Made by a program: the position numbers and the translations under genes. Positions 16,978 to 28,400 of a stretch of 64,000 nt of DNA are shown piece by piece. This DNA is from Clostridia bacterium (GTDB taxonomy: Bacteria; Bacillota; Clostridia; TANB77; CAG-508): the NCBI GenBank assembly GCA_017536685.1, contig JAFXGW010000009.1, positions 15,660-79,659 on the forward strand, in the 5' to 3' direction. Each line of letters starts with the position of its first letter. Position 1 is the stretch's first letter. The notes under the pieces were generated by a model. That model had not been told where the DNA came from and ran no database searches. It saw only the letters and a program-made list of their open reading frames with translations.

Positions 16978-17452
16978 TTGAAAGAAAAGTTTATGAGAGA
17001 AGCACTAAAAGAAGCTCGGAAAAGCTTTAGATAAAGAAGAAGTTCCAGTAGGTGCTGTAATTGTAAAAGATGGAAAAATAATAGCTAGAGCCCATAACAC
17101 CAAAGAATCTAAAAAGGATTCTACATGTCATGCTGAAATTTTAGCTATAAAAAAGGCGTGCAAAAAATTAGATTCTTGGAGACTCTTAGATTGTGAAATG
17201 TATGTTACATTAGAACCATGTTCAATGTGTGCTGGTGCTTTAATAAACTCAAGAATAAAAAAATTGTATATAGGAACTGATGATGGAAAAACAGGTGCTT
17301 GCGGTTCGGTTTTAAATCTTTTAGGCGATTATAAATTTAATCATAAAATCGAAGTTGAGAAATATATATTAAAAGAGGAATGTGAAACTTTACTTAAAGA
17401 TTTCTTTAAGTTTTTAAGGGAGAGAAATAAGATTGAAAGAAAGAATTCTTAA
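16978..17452 (+). pseudogene. tadA: tRNA adenosine(34) deaminase TadA, interrupted by a 1-nt frameshift in an A4 run
   Basis: An AAGGAG RBS lies 8 nt before a TTG start. Frame 1 reads MKEKFMREALKEARKSFR and then stops (TAA at 17032-17034). The +1 frame continues KALDKEEVPVGAVIVKDGKIIARAHN...CHAEILAIKKA...TLEPCSMCAGALINSRI, which carries the HAE and PCxxC deaminase motifs. Removing one A from AAAA (17020-17023) restores a normal TadA of about 157 aa. Confidence 0.85.
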
Positions 17453-18161
17453 AAAAAGTTTATTTATAATCTTTTTAGTTGTACTTTTAATGATTGTAAT
17501 ATCAATAATGATAAAATATGATGTTGAAGGAGAAAAAAAACTTCCATTTTCGATTAGCAAGATTTTAGTTGTAAGTACAGTTGATGGTAAATTAAATGAA
17601 GATACAGAAAATATTTGGAATATTGGTGTTACACAAGTAAATGACTTATACTTGTATGTGGACAAGACGATAAAAGATGATGAACAAACAATTAAAGAAA
17701 TAAAAATAGAAAATTTTGTTATAAATAAAGCTCCAAATAGAGGAAAATTAAAAGTTTTAAGACCAACAGGAGAAATCGCTAACCTTTATACTCATAGTCA
17801 TCAAGATTATTTGAATGATAAAATTGTTTATACGGGTGGTGTTATTGACGATTTAAAATCTCTGGAAATTTCTAATAATGGTGGAATTCTTGGATTTAGA
17901 ATTTCTGTTGAAGAATTAGGAAATTATATATCTAATGAAGATGAAACTATAACTTACGACGGTAAATTACTTTCTAATTTAGGAGTAACAGTACCAGAGA
18001 TTGAGTTTAATGTTAACTTTGACGTGATTATTACAACAAGTGAAAATATTAGTTTTAAAGGAACAATTAATTTAAGTTTGCCTATAGATACTGTAATAGA
18101 AGAAGGTTCTTCAAATAAAGAAATAACAGACTTTTCAGATGTGGTATTTAAGAGAATTTAG
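17433..18161 (+). CDS. N-terminally anchored protein (242 aa), paralog of the 14914..15741 product
   Basis: A TTG start follows an AGGGAGAG RBS and overlaps the tadA 3' end by 20 nt. There is a single N-terminal TM segment (SLFIIFLVVLLMIVISIMI). It shares blocks with the 275-aa protein. Confidence 0.7.
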   Translation: MKERILKKSLFIIFLVVLLMIVISIMIKYDVEGEKKLPFSISKILVVSTVDGKLNEDTENIWNIGVTQVNDLYLYVDKTIKDDEQTIKEIKIENFVINKAPNRGKLKVLRPTGEIANLYTHSHQDYLNDKIVYTGGVIDDLKSLEISNNGGILGFRISVEELGNYISNEDETITYDGKLLSNLGVTVPEIEFNVNFDVIITTSENISFKGTINLSLPIDTVIEEGSSNKEITDFSDVVFKRI

Positions 18162-18169
18162 AAAAAGTA

Positions 18170-18198
18170 TTGCAAAATAAGGAAAAGCGTTATATAAT
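18170..18198 (+). promoter_or_regulatory. sigma-A-like promoter of the SRP RNA gene
   Basis: TTGCAA (18170-18175), a 17-bp spacer, then TATAAT (18193-18198). Confidence 0.55.
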
Positions 18199-18212
18199 TA
18201 CTCAAGAAAAAA

Positions 18213-18336
18213 CAGTGGCTTTTCTTAAGGAAGGTATGCTTCAATAAAAAGCTATGAATCTCGTCAGGTTCGGAAGAAAGCAGCGATAAGTAGTGTATTA
18301 TGTGATTTCGCATGCCTTCCTTAAGGAAAGTCATTT
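18213..18336 (+). ncRNA. ffs: signal recognition particle RNA, short (4.5S-like) form
   Basis: The conserved helix-8 core GTCAGGTTCGGAAGAAAGCAGCG matches the bacterial consensus GUCAGGUCCGGAAGGAAGCAGC. It is closed by a 24-bp stem, TGGCTTTTCTTAAGGAAGGTATGC pairing with GCATGCCTTCCTTAAGGAAAGTCA. A T-run follows. The position immediately upstream of dnaX is classic for Firmicutes. Confidence 0.8.
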
Positions 18337-18436
18337 TTGCATATTGATAAAATACAGAACTTATATAAAAAGAGAAAGTAGGTAAAAAATGTATTTTGTC
18401 AAGCTTACAAAAGTTTAAAAGATTTAGGAGGTAATA

Positions 18437-20032
18437 ATGTCATATACAGCTCTTTATAGAAATTTTAGACCATTAAAATTTTCAGATATGGTTGGTCAAG
18501 AACACATTACTAGAACTTTAAGAAATCAAGTAATGTCAAATAGAGTTGGACATGCGTATCTATTTAATGGTGGTAGAGGAACAGGAAAAACTACTTCGGC
18601 AAAGATTTTAGCAAGAGTAGTAAATTGCTTAAATCCTCAAGAAGGAGAGCCTTGTAATGAATGCGAAATTTGCAAGGAAATTCTAGAAGGTTCTTTAACT
18701 GATGTTGTAGAAATGGATGCTGCATCAAATAACAGTGTTGAAGATATTAGATCAATAAGAGATGAAGTAAATTTCCTACCTACAAAAGCTAAATATAGAG
18801 TATACATTATAGATGAGGTTCATATGCTTTCAACTGGTGCTTTTAATGCTCTTTTGAAAACATTAGAAGAGCCACCAGAACATGTTAAATTTATTTTAGC
18901 AACTACAGAACCACAAAAATTACCTACAACAATTCTTTCAAGATGTCAAAGATTTGATTTTAAAAAAATACCAGAACCAGATATAATTAAAAGATTAAAT
19001 GTAATTTGTAAGGGGGCTGATATTAAAATAGATGATGAAGCTTTAAAAGTAATTGCAGTACTTTCAGAAGGACACATGAGAGATGCAATTAGTATCTTGG
19101 AAAGGTGTAGTCAAGAAAATTCAGAAAATATAACAATAGAAGAAGTAAAAGAATTAGTTGGACTTCCAAGTTTAGAATATATTAATAAACTTGCTCGTGG
19201 AGTTTTAGAAAAAGATACTATAAAATCATTAGCTGCAATTGATGATGTAATAAATGATGGAAAAGATTTATATAATTTTTTATGGGAAGTTATAAAATAT
19301 TTTAAAGATATATTAGTTTATAAAACAACAAATTCGCTAACTCTTTATTCAGAAAAAGAGATTGAAGAAATTAAAAATTTAGCTGATATAACAAACGAAG
19401 AAAGACTATTAAATATAATTTATCAATTATCAGATTTAGAAAATGATATTAAATGGTCATCTCAAAAAACAATTATGTTTCAAACAGGAATTATAAAAGC
19501 TTGTAGAGATGAAATAGAAGCTTCGAATGCTGGAGGAAGTTCACTATTGAAACGTTTAGAGGCTTTAGAAAATAAAGTTGCTAATATGAAATTTGGACCA
19601 GCTCAGCCAATGGGAATGCAAGATTTTCAACCAACTAGTGCTTCTCTACCAAGAAAAGAAACTACTGAAACTAAAAAAGAAGTTTCTTCAAAACAGGCAG
19701 GCGGTGCTCAAGAAATTTGGAAGAGAGTTATTGAAGCTTTAAAAAGAAATGGAAAACTAAGATTATATACATCGTTAATAAATACGAGAATAAATATTTT
19801 AAACGATTTGGTTTGGGAAATAGAATTTCCAAATGGACTAACTTCATTTAATCAAAAGATATTAGAAGATGTTAATAATAAAAATGAACTTACTCAAGAA
19901 GTGTTTAAAGCAACAGGAAAAGAGATTCATTTAAAACTTAAAGATCCTAAAGCTACAAATAAAGAACAAGTACAAAACGCTCCTAAATCTCCTATTGCAG
20001 ATTTAGGAATAGAAATAAATATTATAGATTAA
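18437..20032 (+). CDS. dnaX: DNA polymerase III subunit gamma/tau
   Basis: An AGGAGG RBS precedes the start. The protein has the Walker A motif GGRGTGKTT, a CNECEICKEI zinc module, the DEVHML Walker B motif, NALLKTLEEPP and the SRCQRF sensor motif. Confidence 0.95.
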   Translation: MSYTALYRNFRPLKFSDMVGQEHITRTLRNQVMSNRVGHAYLFNGGRGTGKTTSAKILARVVNCLNPQEGEPCNECEICKEILEGSLTDVVEMDAASNNSVEDIRSIRDEVNFLPTKAKYRVYIIDEVHMLSTGAFNALLKTLEEPPEHVKFILATTEPQKLPTTILSRCQRFDFKKIPEPDIIKRLNVICKGADIKIDDEALKVIAVLSEGHMRDAISILERCSQENSENITIEEVKELVGLPSLEYINKLARGVLEKDTIKSLAAIDDVINDGKDLYNFLWEVIKYFKDILVYKTTNSLTLYSEKEIEEIKNLADITNEERLLNIIYQLSDLENDIKWSSQKTIMFQTGIIKACRDEIEASNAGGSSLLKRLEALENKVANMKFGPAQPMGMQDFQPTSASLPRKETTETKKEVSSKQAGGAQEIWKRVIEALKRNGKLRLYTSLINTRINILNDLVWEIEFPNGLTSFNQKILEDVNNKNELTQEVFKATGKEIHLKLKDPKATNKEQVQNAPKSPIADLGIEINIID

Positions 20033-20052
20033 AATTTAAGGAGGATATAAAA

Positions 20053-20397
20053 ATGGGAAAAAGAGGAGGATTTCCAGGAGGAATGGGAGGCTTTGGAGGT
20101 ATGAATATTAACCAACTTATGAAAGAAGCTAAAAAAATGCAAGCAGATATGGAAAAATCACAAGAAGAATTAGGCTCAAGAGAATTTGAAGCTACTGCAG
20201 GTGGTGGAGCTGTATATGTAAAAGTTAATGGAAACAAAGTTATTAAAGAAATAAAATTACAAAAAGATGCTGTTGATCCAGATGATGTAGAAATGTTACA
20301 AGATTTAATTTTAACATCAGTAAATGAGGCTTTAAGAAAAGTTGATGAGGCTCAAGCTGCCCAACTTGGAAAATATAATATTCCAGGATTAATGTAA
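20053..20397 (+). CDS. ybaB: YbaB/EbfC nucleoid-associated protein
   Basis: It is 114 aa with a Gly-rich N-terminus, then MNINQLMKEAKKMQADMEKSQEEL...V.V.G...I..I.I....VDPDD.EMLQDLI. It sits in the canonical dnaX-ybaB-recR order. Confidence 0.9.
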   Translation: MGKRGGFPGGMGGFGGMNINQLMKEAKKMQADMEKSQEELGSREFEATAGGGAVYVKVNGNKVIKEIKLQKDAVDPDDVEMLQDLILTSVNEALRKVDEAQAAQLGKYNIPGLM

Positions 20398-20443
20398 AAT
20401 AATTATATAGGTAAATGAAAAATATAATGTAAAGGAAACTAAA

Positions 20444-21043
20444 ATGTCATATTATTCACCTTCAATAGAAAAATTAATAGAAAGTTTTGAGAAATTACCT
20501 AGTATAGGTCATAAAACGGCTCAAAGATTGGCTTTTTACATGCTTGATTTATCAAATGAAGAGGCTGAAGAATTTACTAATTCTATACTTAATGCTAAAA
20601 AAAGCTTACATTTTTGCTCTAAATGTTTTAATATTTCAGATACAGATCCATGTAATATTTGTTCAAATCCTAAAAGAGATGAAAGTGTTATATGTGTTGT
20701 AGAAGATGTTAGAGATGTTATTGCAATGGAAAGAACACATGAATTTAATGGAGTTTATCATGTTTTACATGGTTCAATTTCTCCAATGAATGGTGTTGGT
20801 CCAGATGATATTAAGATTAAAGAACTTTTAACAAGAATAATGGATGGAAATGTTAAAGAAATTATTCTTGCAACAAATCCTAGAGTTGAAGGTGAAGCTA
20901 CTTCAATGTATATTTCTAAGCTTGTAAAACCACTTGGAGTTAAAGCGACAAGAATTGCTAGAGGAATTCCAGTTGGAGGCGATTTAGAATATACAGATGA
21001 AATTACTCTTACAAAAGCTTTAGAAGGTAGAAGCGAGATTTAG
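20444..21043 (+). CDS. recR: recombination protein RecR
   Basis: [17 protein letters not shown] is a helix-hairpin-helix motif. [16 protein letters not shown] is the C4 zinc finger. A Toprim region ([25 protein letters not shown]) follows. Confidence 0.95.
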   Translation: MSYYSPSIEKLIESFEKLPSIGHKTAQRLAFYMLDLSNEEAEEFTNSILNAKKSLHFCSKCFNISDTDPCNICSNPKRDESVICVVEDVRDVIAMERTHEFNGVYHVLHGSISPMNGVGPDDIKIKELLTRIMDGNVKEIILATNPRVEGEATSMYISKLVKPLGVKATRIARGIPVGGDLEYTDEITLTKALEGRSEI

Positions 21044-21103
21044 GTGACATTTTAATATAAATGCTAATAAAATATATTAGTATTTATATAAAGGAGATGG
21101 ACT

Positions 21104-22057
21104 ATGCAAAAAAATAAAAAGGTTGTAATACTAGGTGGAGGTACAGGAACTTCATTTGTATTAAAAGGTTTAAAATATTTCCCGGTTGATATAACAGCTG
21201 TTATTACGGTTTCAGATGATGGAAGTAGTACAGGTAGATTAAGAAAAGAATTTTCTACTCCAGCAGTTGGAGACATTAGAAAAGTTTTAAGTAGTTTATC
21301 TACATTACCAGATGAAGTAAGAGATGTAATGGAATATAGATTATCTACATATAGTGAACTTAATGGGCATGCTCTTGGGAATTTGGTTTTAACTTCTTTA
21401 ATTAGGGAAACGGGAAGTCTTCAAAAAAGCATTCAATATTTAAGTAAAATATTAGATGTAAAACATAAAGTTTTGCCACTTTCAGAAGATTCTTTAACTT
21501 TGATGGGAGAGACAATTGATGGAAATGTAATTGAAGGCGAAGAAGAAATTACAAAAGCAAATATGAAATATAAAAAATTCTTTTATAAAGAAGAACCACA
21601 TATTTTACCAGAAGTGTTTGATGCAATAGAACAGGCAGATTTAATAATTTTAAGTATTGGAAGTCTTTATACAAGTGTTATGCCTCATATAATATGCAAA
21701 GACGTTGTAGAGGCAATAAAAAAAGCGAAAGCAAAAGTTATGTATATATGTAATGCAATGACTCAACCAGGTGAAACTGATGGTTTTGGTGTTAGTGATC
21801 ACATAAAAGTATTAGAACAATATTTAGGAGAGAATGCAATAGACGTTGTTATAGCAAGCAATACAGATATTCCTAAAGAAATGCTTGAAAAGTATGAGAC
21901 AGAAGAACAAAAAGATCAAGTTCCAATTGACTATGAAAATATTAAAAAAGCAAAATATGAACTTATAGAAGATGATTTATTAACTACAACAGACGGAACG
22001 ATAAAACATAATAGCTTAAAATTAAGTTCAGTTATATTCTCATATTTGATGAGATAA
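21104..22057 (+). CDS. yvcK: YvcK/CofD-family gluconeogenesis factor (UPF0052)
   Basis: The N-terminus VVILGGGTGTSFVLKGLK...ITAVITVSDDGSSTGRLRKEFSTPAVGDIRKVL matches the YvcK family signature. The length is 317 aa. Confidence 0.85.
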   Translation: MQKNKKVVILGGGTGTSFVLKGLKYFPVDITAVITVSDDGSSTGRLRKEFSTPAVGDIRKVLSSLSTLPDEVRDVMEYRLSTYSELNGHALGNLVLTSLIRETGSLQKSIQYLSKILDVKHKVLPLSEDSLTLMGETIDGNVIEGEEEITKANMKYKKFFYKEEPHILPEVFDAIEQADLIILSIGSLYTSVMPHIICKDVVEAIKKAKAKVMYICNAMTQPGETDGFGVSDHIKVLEQYLGENAIDVVIASNTDIPKEMLEKYETEEQKDQVPIDYENIKKAKYELIEDDLLTTTDGTIKHNSLKLSSVIFSYLMR

Positions 22058-22097
22058 CACTTTGTATATAAAAATAATTAAATAATGAATAAAACAA

Positions 22098-22128
22098 AAA
22101 ACTCTTAGCTAATATGCTGAGAGTTTTT
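22098..22128 (+). terminator. rho-independent terminator after yvcK
   Basis: AAAACTCTTAGC, loop TAATAT, GCTGAGAGTTTT: a 12-bp stem with one G-U pair, followed by TTTTT. Confidence 0.75.
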
Positions 22129-22342
22129 GCTTTATTAATTACTAAATTAACGGTATAAGATTGAAAACGTTAAGAGATTTTGTAAAGTGTAAGTGAAAAA
22201 TAAATTATATTTTGTAATTACAAAATTAAAAGATTAATTTAATACGCAAATAATACCATTTCCCTAGAAAAAAACGGAAAATAATAAGTATTAGAAACTA
22301 AAAAGATAGGAAAACGTAAATAAAAAGATAAAAAACTAAAAA

Positions 22343-22370
22343 TTGAATATTCCCTAGAAAACGGTATAAA
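22343..22370 (+). promoter_or_regulatory. candidate promoter of the giant surface-protein gene, with a repeated box in its spacer
   Basis: TTGAAT (22343-22348), a 16-bp spacer, then TATAAA (22365-22370). The spacer contains TTCCCTAGAAAACGG, which also occurs at 22260-22277. Confidence 0.35.
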
Positions 22371-22464
22371 AATACTAAAAAATGTAAAATAGTTGTTATA
22401 GTAAAAACTGCTTAAATCCTTTATATTAAAGAAGAAAATAACTTTTGGGAGAGGAATTTTTACT

Positions 22465-25400
22465 ATGAAAAAAAGAGATGATTCTAAAAAACAAAAAAAG
22501 AATTTAAAAAAGCTAAAAGACTTGAGTAAATTAACTCAAATCAAAGCTGTTCTTGGTGAGAAAAGACTAAGAATAAAATCAAAGAGAATAGATAAGTTAG
22601 TATTTTGTTTAAGCATATTTGTTATATTACTTGCAATAGTTGGAATATTAGCAGTAAAAGATAAAACAATAACTAAATCAAGTATTACTGCAACACCAGA
22701 ATTAATGAGAGCAATGCAGTATGAACAATTTGATGATGGAGATGAGAATTTAGAGGCAACTGACAATGTTAAGTTTAGTGCGTTCTTTTTGCGTGATTTA
22801 GATGGAGATGGCTATGCTGAAAAAGTAAAAGGAACATGTAAAGAAATCGGAACAGAAGATACTTTATACATGGAACTTAATGTACAAACAGAAGGTTATC
22901 TAAAAGATGCAAAAGTAGAAATTCAAGGGCAAAATTTTTATTTGCAAACAACTCTTCCAAAAGATGAACAGTTAAAAGATAATTATATTGGCAATAATGT
23001 AAAGAAAATAGAATTTAATCAAATAGTAAATGGAACTCAAAAATTATTAACAGGAATTGTAAGAAGTGGGGATTATTCACGTTCAGATATCATCAATAGC
23101 GCAATTGGAAATAATATAAATAACTATTCGAGAGAAGATAATAAAATAATTTTGACAGGAATATATGTTGATGAAAATGGAAAAGAGACTAGAATTACAA
23201 AGGAAATCTTGCTTACAGTAGATTGGTATGGAACAACTGAAACAAGAATATATGGAGAAAATCAAACTTATAGAACTCTTTCAAGTATAATAGATGAAGC
23301 AAATGAAGTAATAAAGTTGAATTTTGAGGTTAAAACAGAGGAAATAGATCGATTATTGAATTTGAAAAAAAATCATGTTGAAGGAACTATACCTGAATTA
23401 AATGGTTATGCTCCAATAAAAGTTTCTTCGAAAAATTTAAATTTTACTTATGATGATGGAACAAGAACATTTTTTATTGATAAAGAAGCTACTGTTGATG
23501 AAAATGGTACTATAATTACTTCTGTGTCAAGATATAATTATTATCAAATAGAAGTCGTTTATCCTTTAGATGCGTATAAAAATTCAGGAAAAGAATCTGT
23601 AAATATCGAAATACCAGTAAGAACTTATTATGAGGGATTTAATAATCCAAATGAACAATTTAAAAATCCATATAGATCAAATATTGCGTCTACAGTTTTG
23701 TGTGTGAACTATATGTATTTAGTAGAGGATATAGAAACAACATATTTAGATATACATGTAGGAAGATATGCATACAGTCCGGAAGCAAGATATATGATAT
23801 CTAAACAAAAACCATTGAGAATATATAATGGAATAAGTGAAGTTGAAAAAGATGATACATATATAGTTAAATGGGAACTATCAACAGGAACATATGGTGA
23901 ATCATCTGGTATTATATTGAAAGAACGTAAACATGATGAAGTTCAAATCTCTGATTATTTTCAAAAAGTAGATAATACAACAGAAAGTATGGAAAATCTT
24001 ACAAACAATATTGGAATTGCTTTTTCAGGAGCAAATACAATGTTAAAAGAAGATGGTTGGATAAAAGTATATGATGATGAGACTGATAATTTATTAGTAA
24101 CATTTACAAAAGAAAATTGGAATAATTATTCTAGTTGGAATTATTATAAATATGAAATACCAGTTAGACATATTAGGGTCGAAACTAGTAGTAATAATAA
24201 AGAAGCTTATTTATATGTATACAATATAAAAGAACTAGATGATGAATATATAACAACAAATTACACAAAAGAACAATTTGATAATTTAAAATACATACAT
24301 TCAACTTTAAATGGATATTTGGGAGAAAATTATATTGGAACTACTAAAGACAAAGCACTTTACGAAGCACCGTATTCAATTGCAACAATACATTTAAACA
24401 ATGGTAATTTATCAACACAATCAACAGAAGAAAATGAGATTATAACTATAAATGCAAGTCAAGATATTAATAATAATCAATTAGGCTGGAATGATGGTAG
24501 CTTTCTAATTAAATTACCACAAGAAATATTAGAAGTTGAAATAAACAATGTAACTGTAAATAATAATAATATTGAAATATTAACTTATGAAATAATAGAA
24601 AATGAGAATAGAAACTTTATAAAAATAAATACTGTTAATAAAAGTGATACTTTACAAAGTTTTGAACTTAAAGTTGATGCAAATATAACTCCAGATCCAC
24701 GAATTCCAACTACAATAGGTGATATTGAATTATATGCAGTAAATTATGAAGGAGTTGAATATTATTATTCTGCAGCAGACATATATGATGTGAATGATAA
24801 TTTAAACAAAGAAGAATTAATTAATAAAACAAAAACAATAGTAAACTTAATTGCACCAAATAGTTTATTAACAAACCAAACAGCAAGTGAATTTGACAAA
24901 TCTGGAAAAGTTATTGTATCACCAAAGGTAATAGAACTTTCACCAAAATATGTAAAAATTGATAATGAAGCATTAACAGCCAAAATTGGAATACAATTAA
25001 CAAATAATTATTCGAGCGATATAAGTGAAATTTTAATATTAGGAAAAATACCATTTAAAGGAAATAGAACAGTATTAAGTGATAAAGACTTAGGTTCTGG
25101 ATTTACAACTAAGATGATTAGTTCTGGAATTGAAATACCAGAAGAATTATCAGGAAAAATAAGAGTGTATTATTCAGAAAAAGAAAATCCAGATAAAGAT
25201 ATTAATAATGAGCTAAATGAATGGACATTAGCAGAAAATGTAACAAATTGGGATAATATAAAAACATTTTTAATAGATTTTGGGAATGAAAAAATCTCAG
25301 AAAAGAAAGAGTATACATTCTATTATACGATACAAATGCCAGAAGATATTGACTTTAATCAAACAGCATATAGCCATCATGGAATATACTTTAGTTTAGA

Positions 25401-28400
25401 AACTGCAGAAGGAAAATATAGAACAAAAACGGAACCAAATAGATTAGGTTTTAGACTTGTAGAAAAATTTAATTTAGAATTAACAAAAACACATGCAGGA
25501 AAAGAAATATTTGTTCCAGCTGCAACTTATAGTGTAACAGAAATAAATACAGATGGAACAATAGGAAAAATGAGAACTGGTGTTACAAATCCTCAAGGTA
25601 CTTTCTTAATGAAGGATTTATATGCAGAAAAAACATATGAAATACAAGAGATAAAATCTCCTGAAGATTATCAATTAAGCGAAGATGTTATTAGATTTAT
25701 TGCTAGTGTAAATCAGGATGATGGTTCTATATCAATAATTAAAAATCAAGGAGAAACCAAAGAAGATATTACAGTAACTAAAAATGATGATGAAAAACAT
25801 AAAGTTATTGTAAAAGTGGAAGACAAACCAAAAGCAAAATTAAAAATTACTAAAAAAGAAAAAAATACAGAAAATCCTGTAAGCTTCGTTAAATTTAGAA
25901 TAGCTGGAAAAAACTTAGGTGAAAACGGAAAAATATTAACAACTAACGTAAATGGCGAGACAAGTATAAATGGATTATTAGTAAATGAAGAATATATTTT
26001 ACAAGAAATAAAAGCTAATGGATATTATTTAGAAAATCCTATTAAATTCAAAATTCTTCATGAAAATGGAAATTATTCAATAGAAATAATTGAAGGAAAT
26101 GTATTAAATAGCAGTGTTGGTGAAGAAAGTAATTTCCCAGTTGCTAGTATAGCTATTGAAAATGAAAAAATACAAACTTATAACTTAGAAATAAGTAAAA
26201 TAAAGAAAATCTTAGAGACAGAGTTGACTGAAGAACAAATTGGTGCTAACAATACAGAGGAATCAATTATAGAATATCTTGCAGGAGCGAAATTTAAATT
26301 ATATAAAAATTCAAAAGAAATTGGAGAATATGTAACTGATGTAAATGGAAAAATATTAATTTCTGGATTATATCAATATGTAGACGGAAAAAGTGAAGAA
26401 GCAATATACACATTAAAAGAAGTATTACCGCCAGAAGGATATGTGAAAGCAAAAGATGTAAATTTCAAAGTACAAAATATAAATGGAGAATTAAAGTTTA
26501 TTGATCTTGATAATAATACAAGAGCTACTACGGTTGAAGGTTCAACTGTGAAATTAGTAGTGGAAGATAGTCCGGCATTTAAATTAATTAAAAAAGATGC
26601 TGAAACTGGTGAAGCATTAGCTAATGTTAAATTTGCAATATACAATTTTGAAAATAACTCTGAACCAGCAACAAACAGTAAAGGCGAAAAGATAGGAACA
26701 TTAGAACACATAAATGGAAAAGATTATTATACAGTAACAACAGATAATAACGGCTTACTAACAATTGATTTACCAGAAGGTTTATATAAAGCAATAGAGT
26801 TACAAGCACCAGATAAATACAATATAGAAAATTCAATTTATTATTTTGGTGTTGGAGCAAGTAGAGAAGGAAAAGTTAGATTGCAAGCCGATTGGTCACA
26901 AGCTATTGGTGGAGAAAAAGATGATGTGTTATTGAATGTAGAAGCTACTAGTGATGGTGGATATATTGTAGTAGGACAGTTTGTAAGTGAAAACATTGAA
27001 CTTGCTAATGGTGAAATTATAAATAATAAAAATTCAACGTATTCAGATGGAATTATAATTAAATATAGTAATGATGGAGAGGTTGAATGGGCTAAATCAA
27101 TAGGAGGTGATAATACCGAAGAAATATACACTATTCAAGAAACAAGTGATGGTGGATATATAATTACAGGAACATTTACTAGCACAAGCATAGATTTTGG
27201 AAATGGAGTTGGATTAGCAAATCCAGGAACAAGAAGTGGAATGCTAGTAAAATATGATATAACAGGAAATGTTGAGTGGGCAAATGCAATAGAAGTTGGT
27301 TATAGTGCTAATATTGTTTCTGTATCTGAAACTGTTGAAAATTGTTTTATGGTAATGATGAATTATGAGAACCAAAATTTAGATTTGGGAAATGAAATTA
27401 CTTTGAGCAATAGTGGAGGAAAAGATGGTGCAATATTAAAATACAACAGTGAAGGTGTTTTACAATGGGCTAAAAATATTGGTGGAAGTGGTTATGAAGA
27501 ACTAATATCAGGAAAACCAACATTAGATGGTGGATTTATAGTTTCAGGTTTATTTTCAAGTGAAAGTATAGATTTAGAAAATGGAATGATATTGACAAAT
27601 TCAGCTACAAGTACAACAGATGGATTAATAATAAAATATGATAGTAATGGAAGTATAGAATGGACAAAAAAAGTTGGAGGAGTAAGTGAAGATATAGTTA
27701 GTTCAATTGAACAATTGACAGATGGTTCTTATTTAGTTACATTAAGCTTTATGAGTAGTACTGTAGATTTAGAAAACGGGTTTGAATTGACTAATAAAGT
27801 TACTTCTACAATGGATTCTGCTTTAATAAAATATGATTCAAATGGAAGTATAATATGGACAAAATCTATTTCAGGAAATCAAGATGAGATGATTGATATG
27901 CTTGAAAAAACTGCTGATGGTGGATTTATTATACAAGGTATATTCAACAGTGAGAGTATTGATTTAGGAGATCAAGTAACATTAACAAGACATGGCGATA
28001 ATTATAATTCAATGATAGTAAAATATAATTCTAGTGGAAAGACAGAATGGGCTGATATAATAGCTGCAAATAATTTACAAATTTATTCATTAGAAATAAC
28101 AAAAGATAATGGTTGTCTGATATTGGGGCAATTTGAGGAAGAACAAGTTGGGTTCGGAAATTGCATTGATGGAAGTGGAATTATAAAATATAATTCAGAA
28201 GGAAAATTGGATTATACATGGTCAGCTACTACTGGAGTATATTCTGCTAAAGAATTATTAGATGGAGATATTTTAGCAGTAGGAAGTCTTTATGGGGTAG
28301 CATATTTTGATACAAAACTAGAGAGCCGAGGCTTAAATGATGGTGTTGTAATAAAGCTTTCAGAAAAAGAAATGGTAGATTTTGCAATTACAGATATTCA

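Noticed and set aside
17414-17665. The minus-strand ORF across the tadA/17433 junction. Also 20022..20237 (-) across dnaX/ybaB and 21064..21276 (-) across the yvcK start.
   Set aside because: They are antisense to well-supported genes with strong motifs, have no RBS, and have implausible composition.
18962-18968. An A7 run in dnaX (GAT TTT AAA AAA ATA) as a possible programmed frameshift site producing a gamma subunit.
   Set aside because: It lies at about codon 176, inside the ATPase module. That is far upstream of where tau/gamma truncation occurs in E. coli or Thermus. I see no downstream stimulatory structure.
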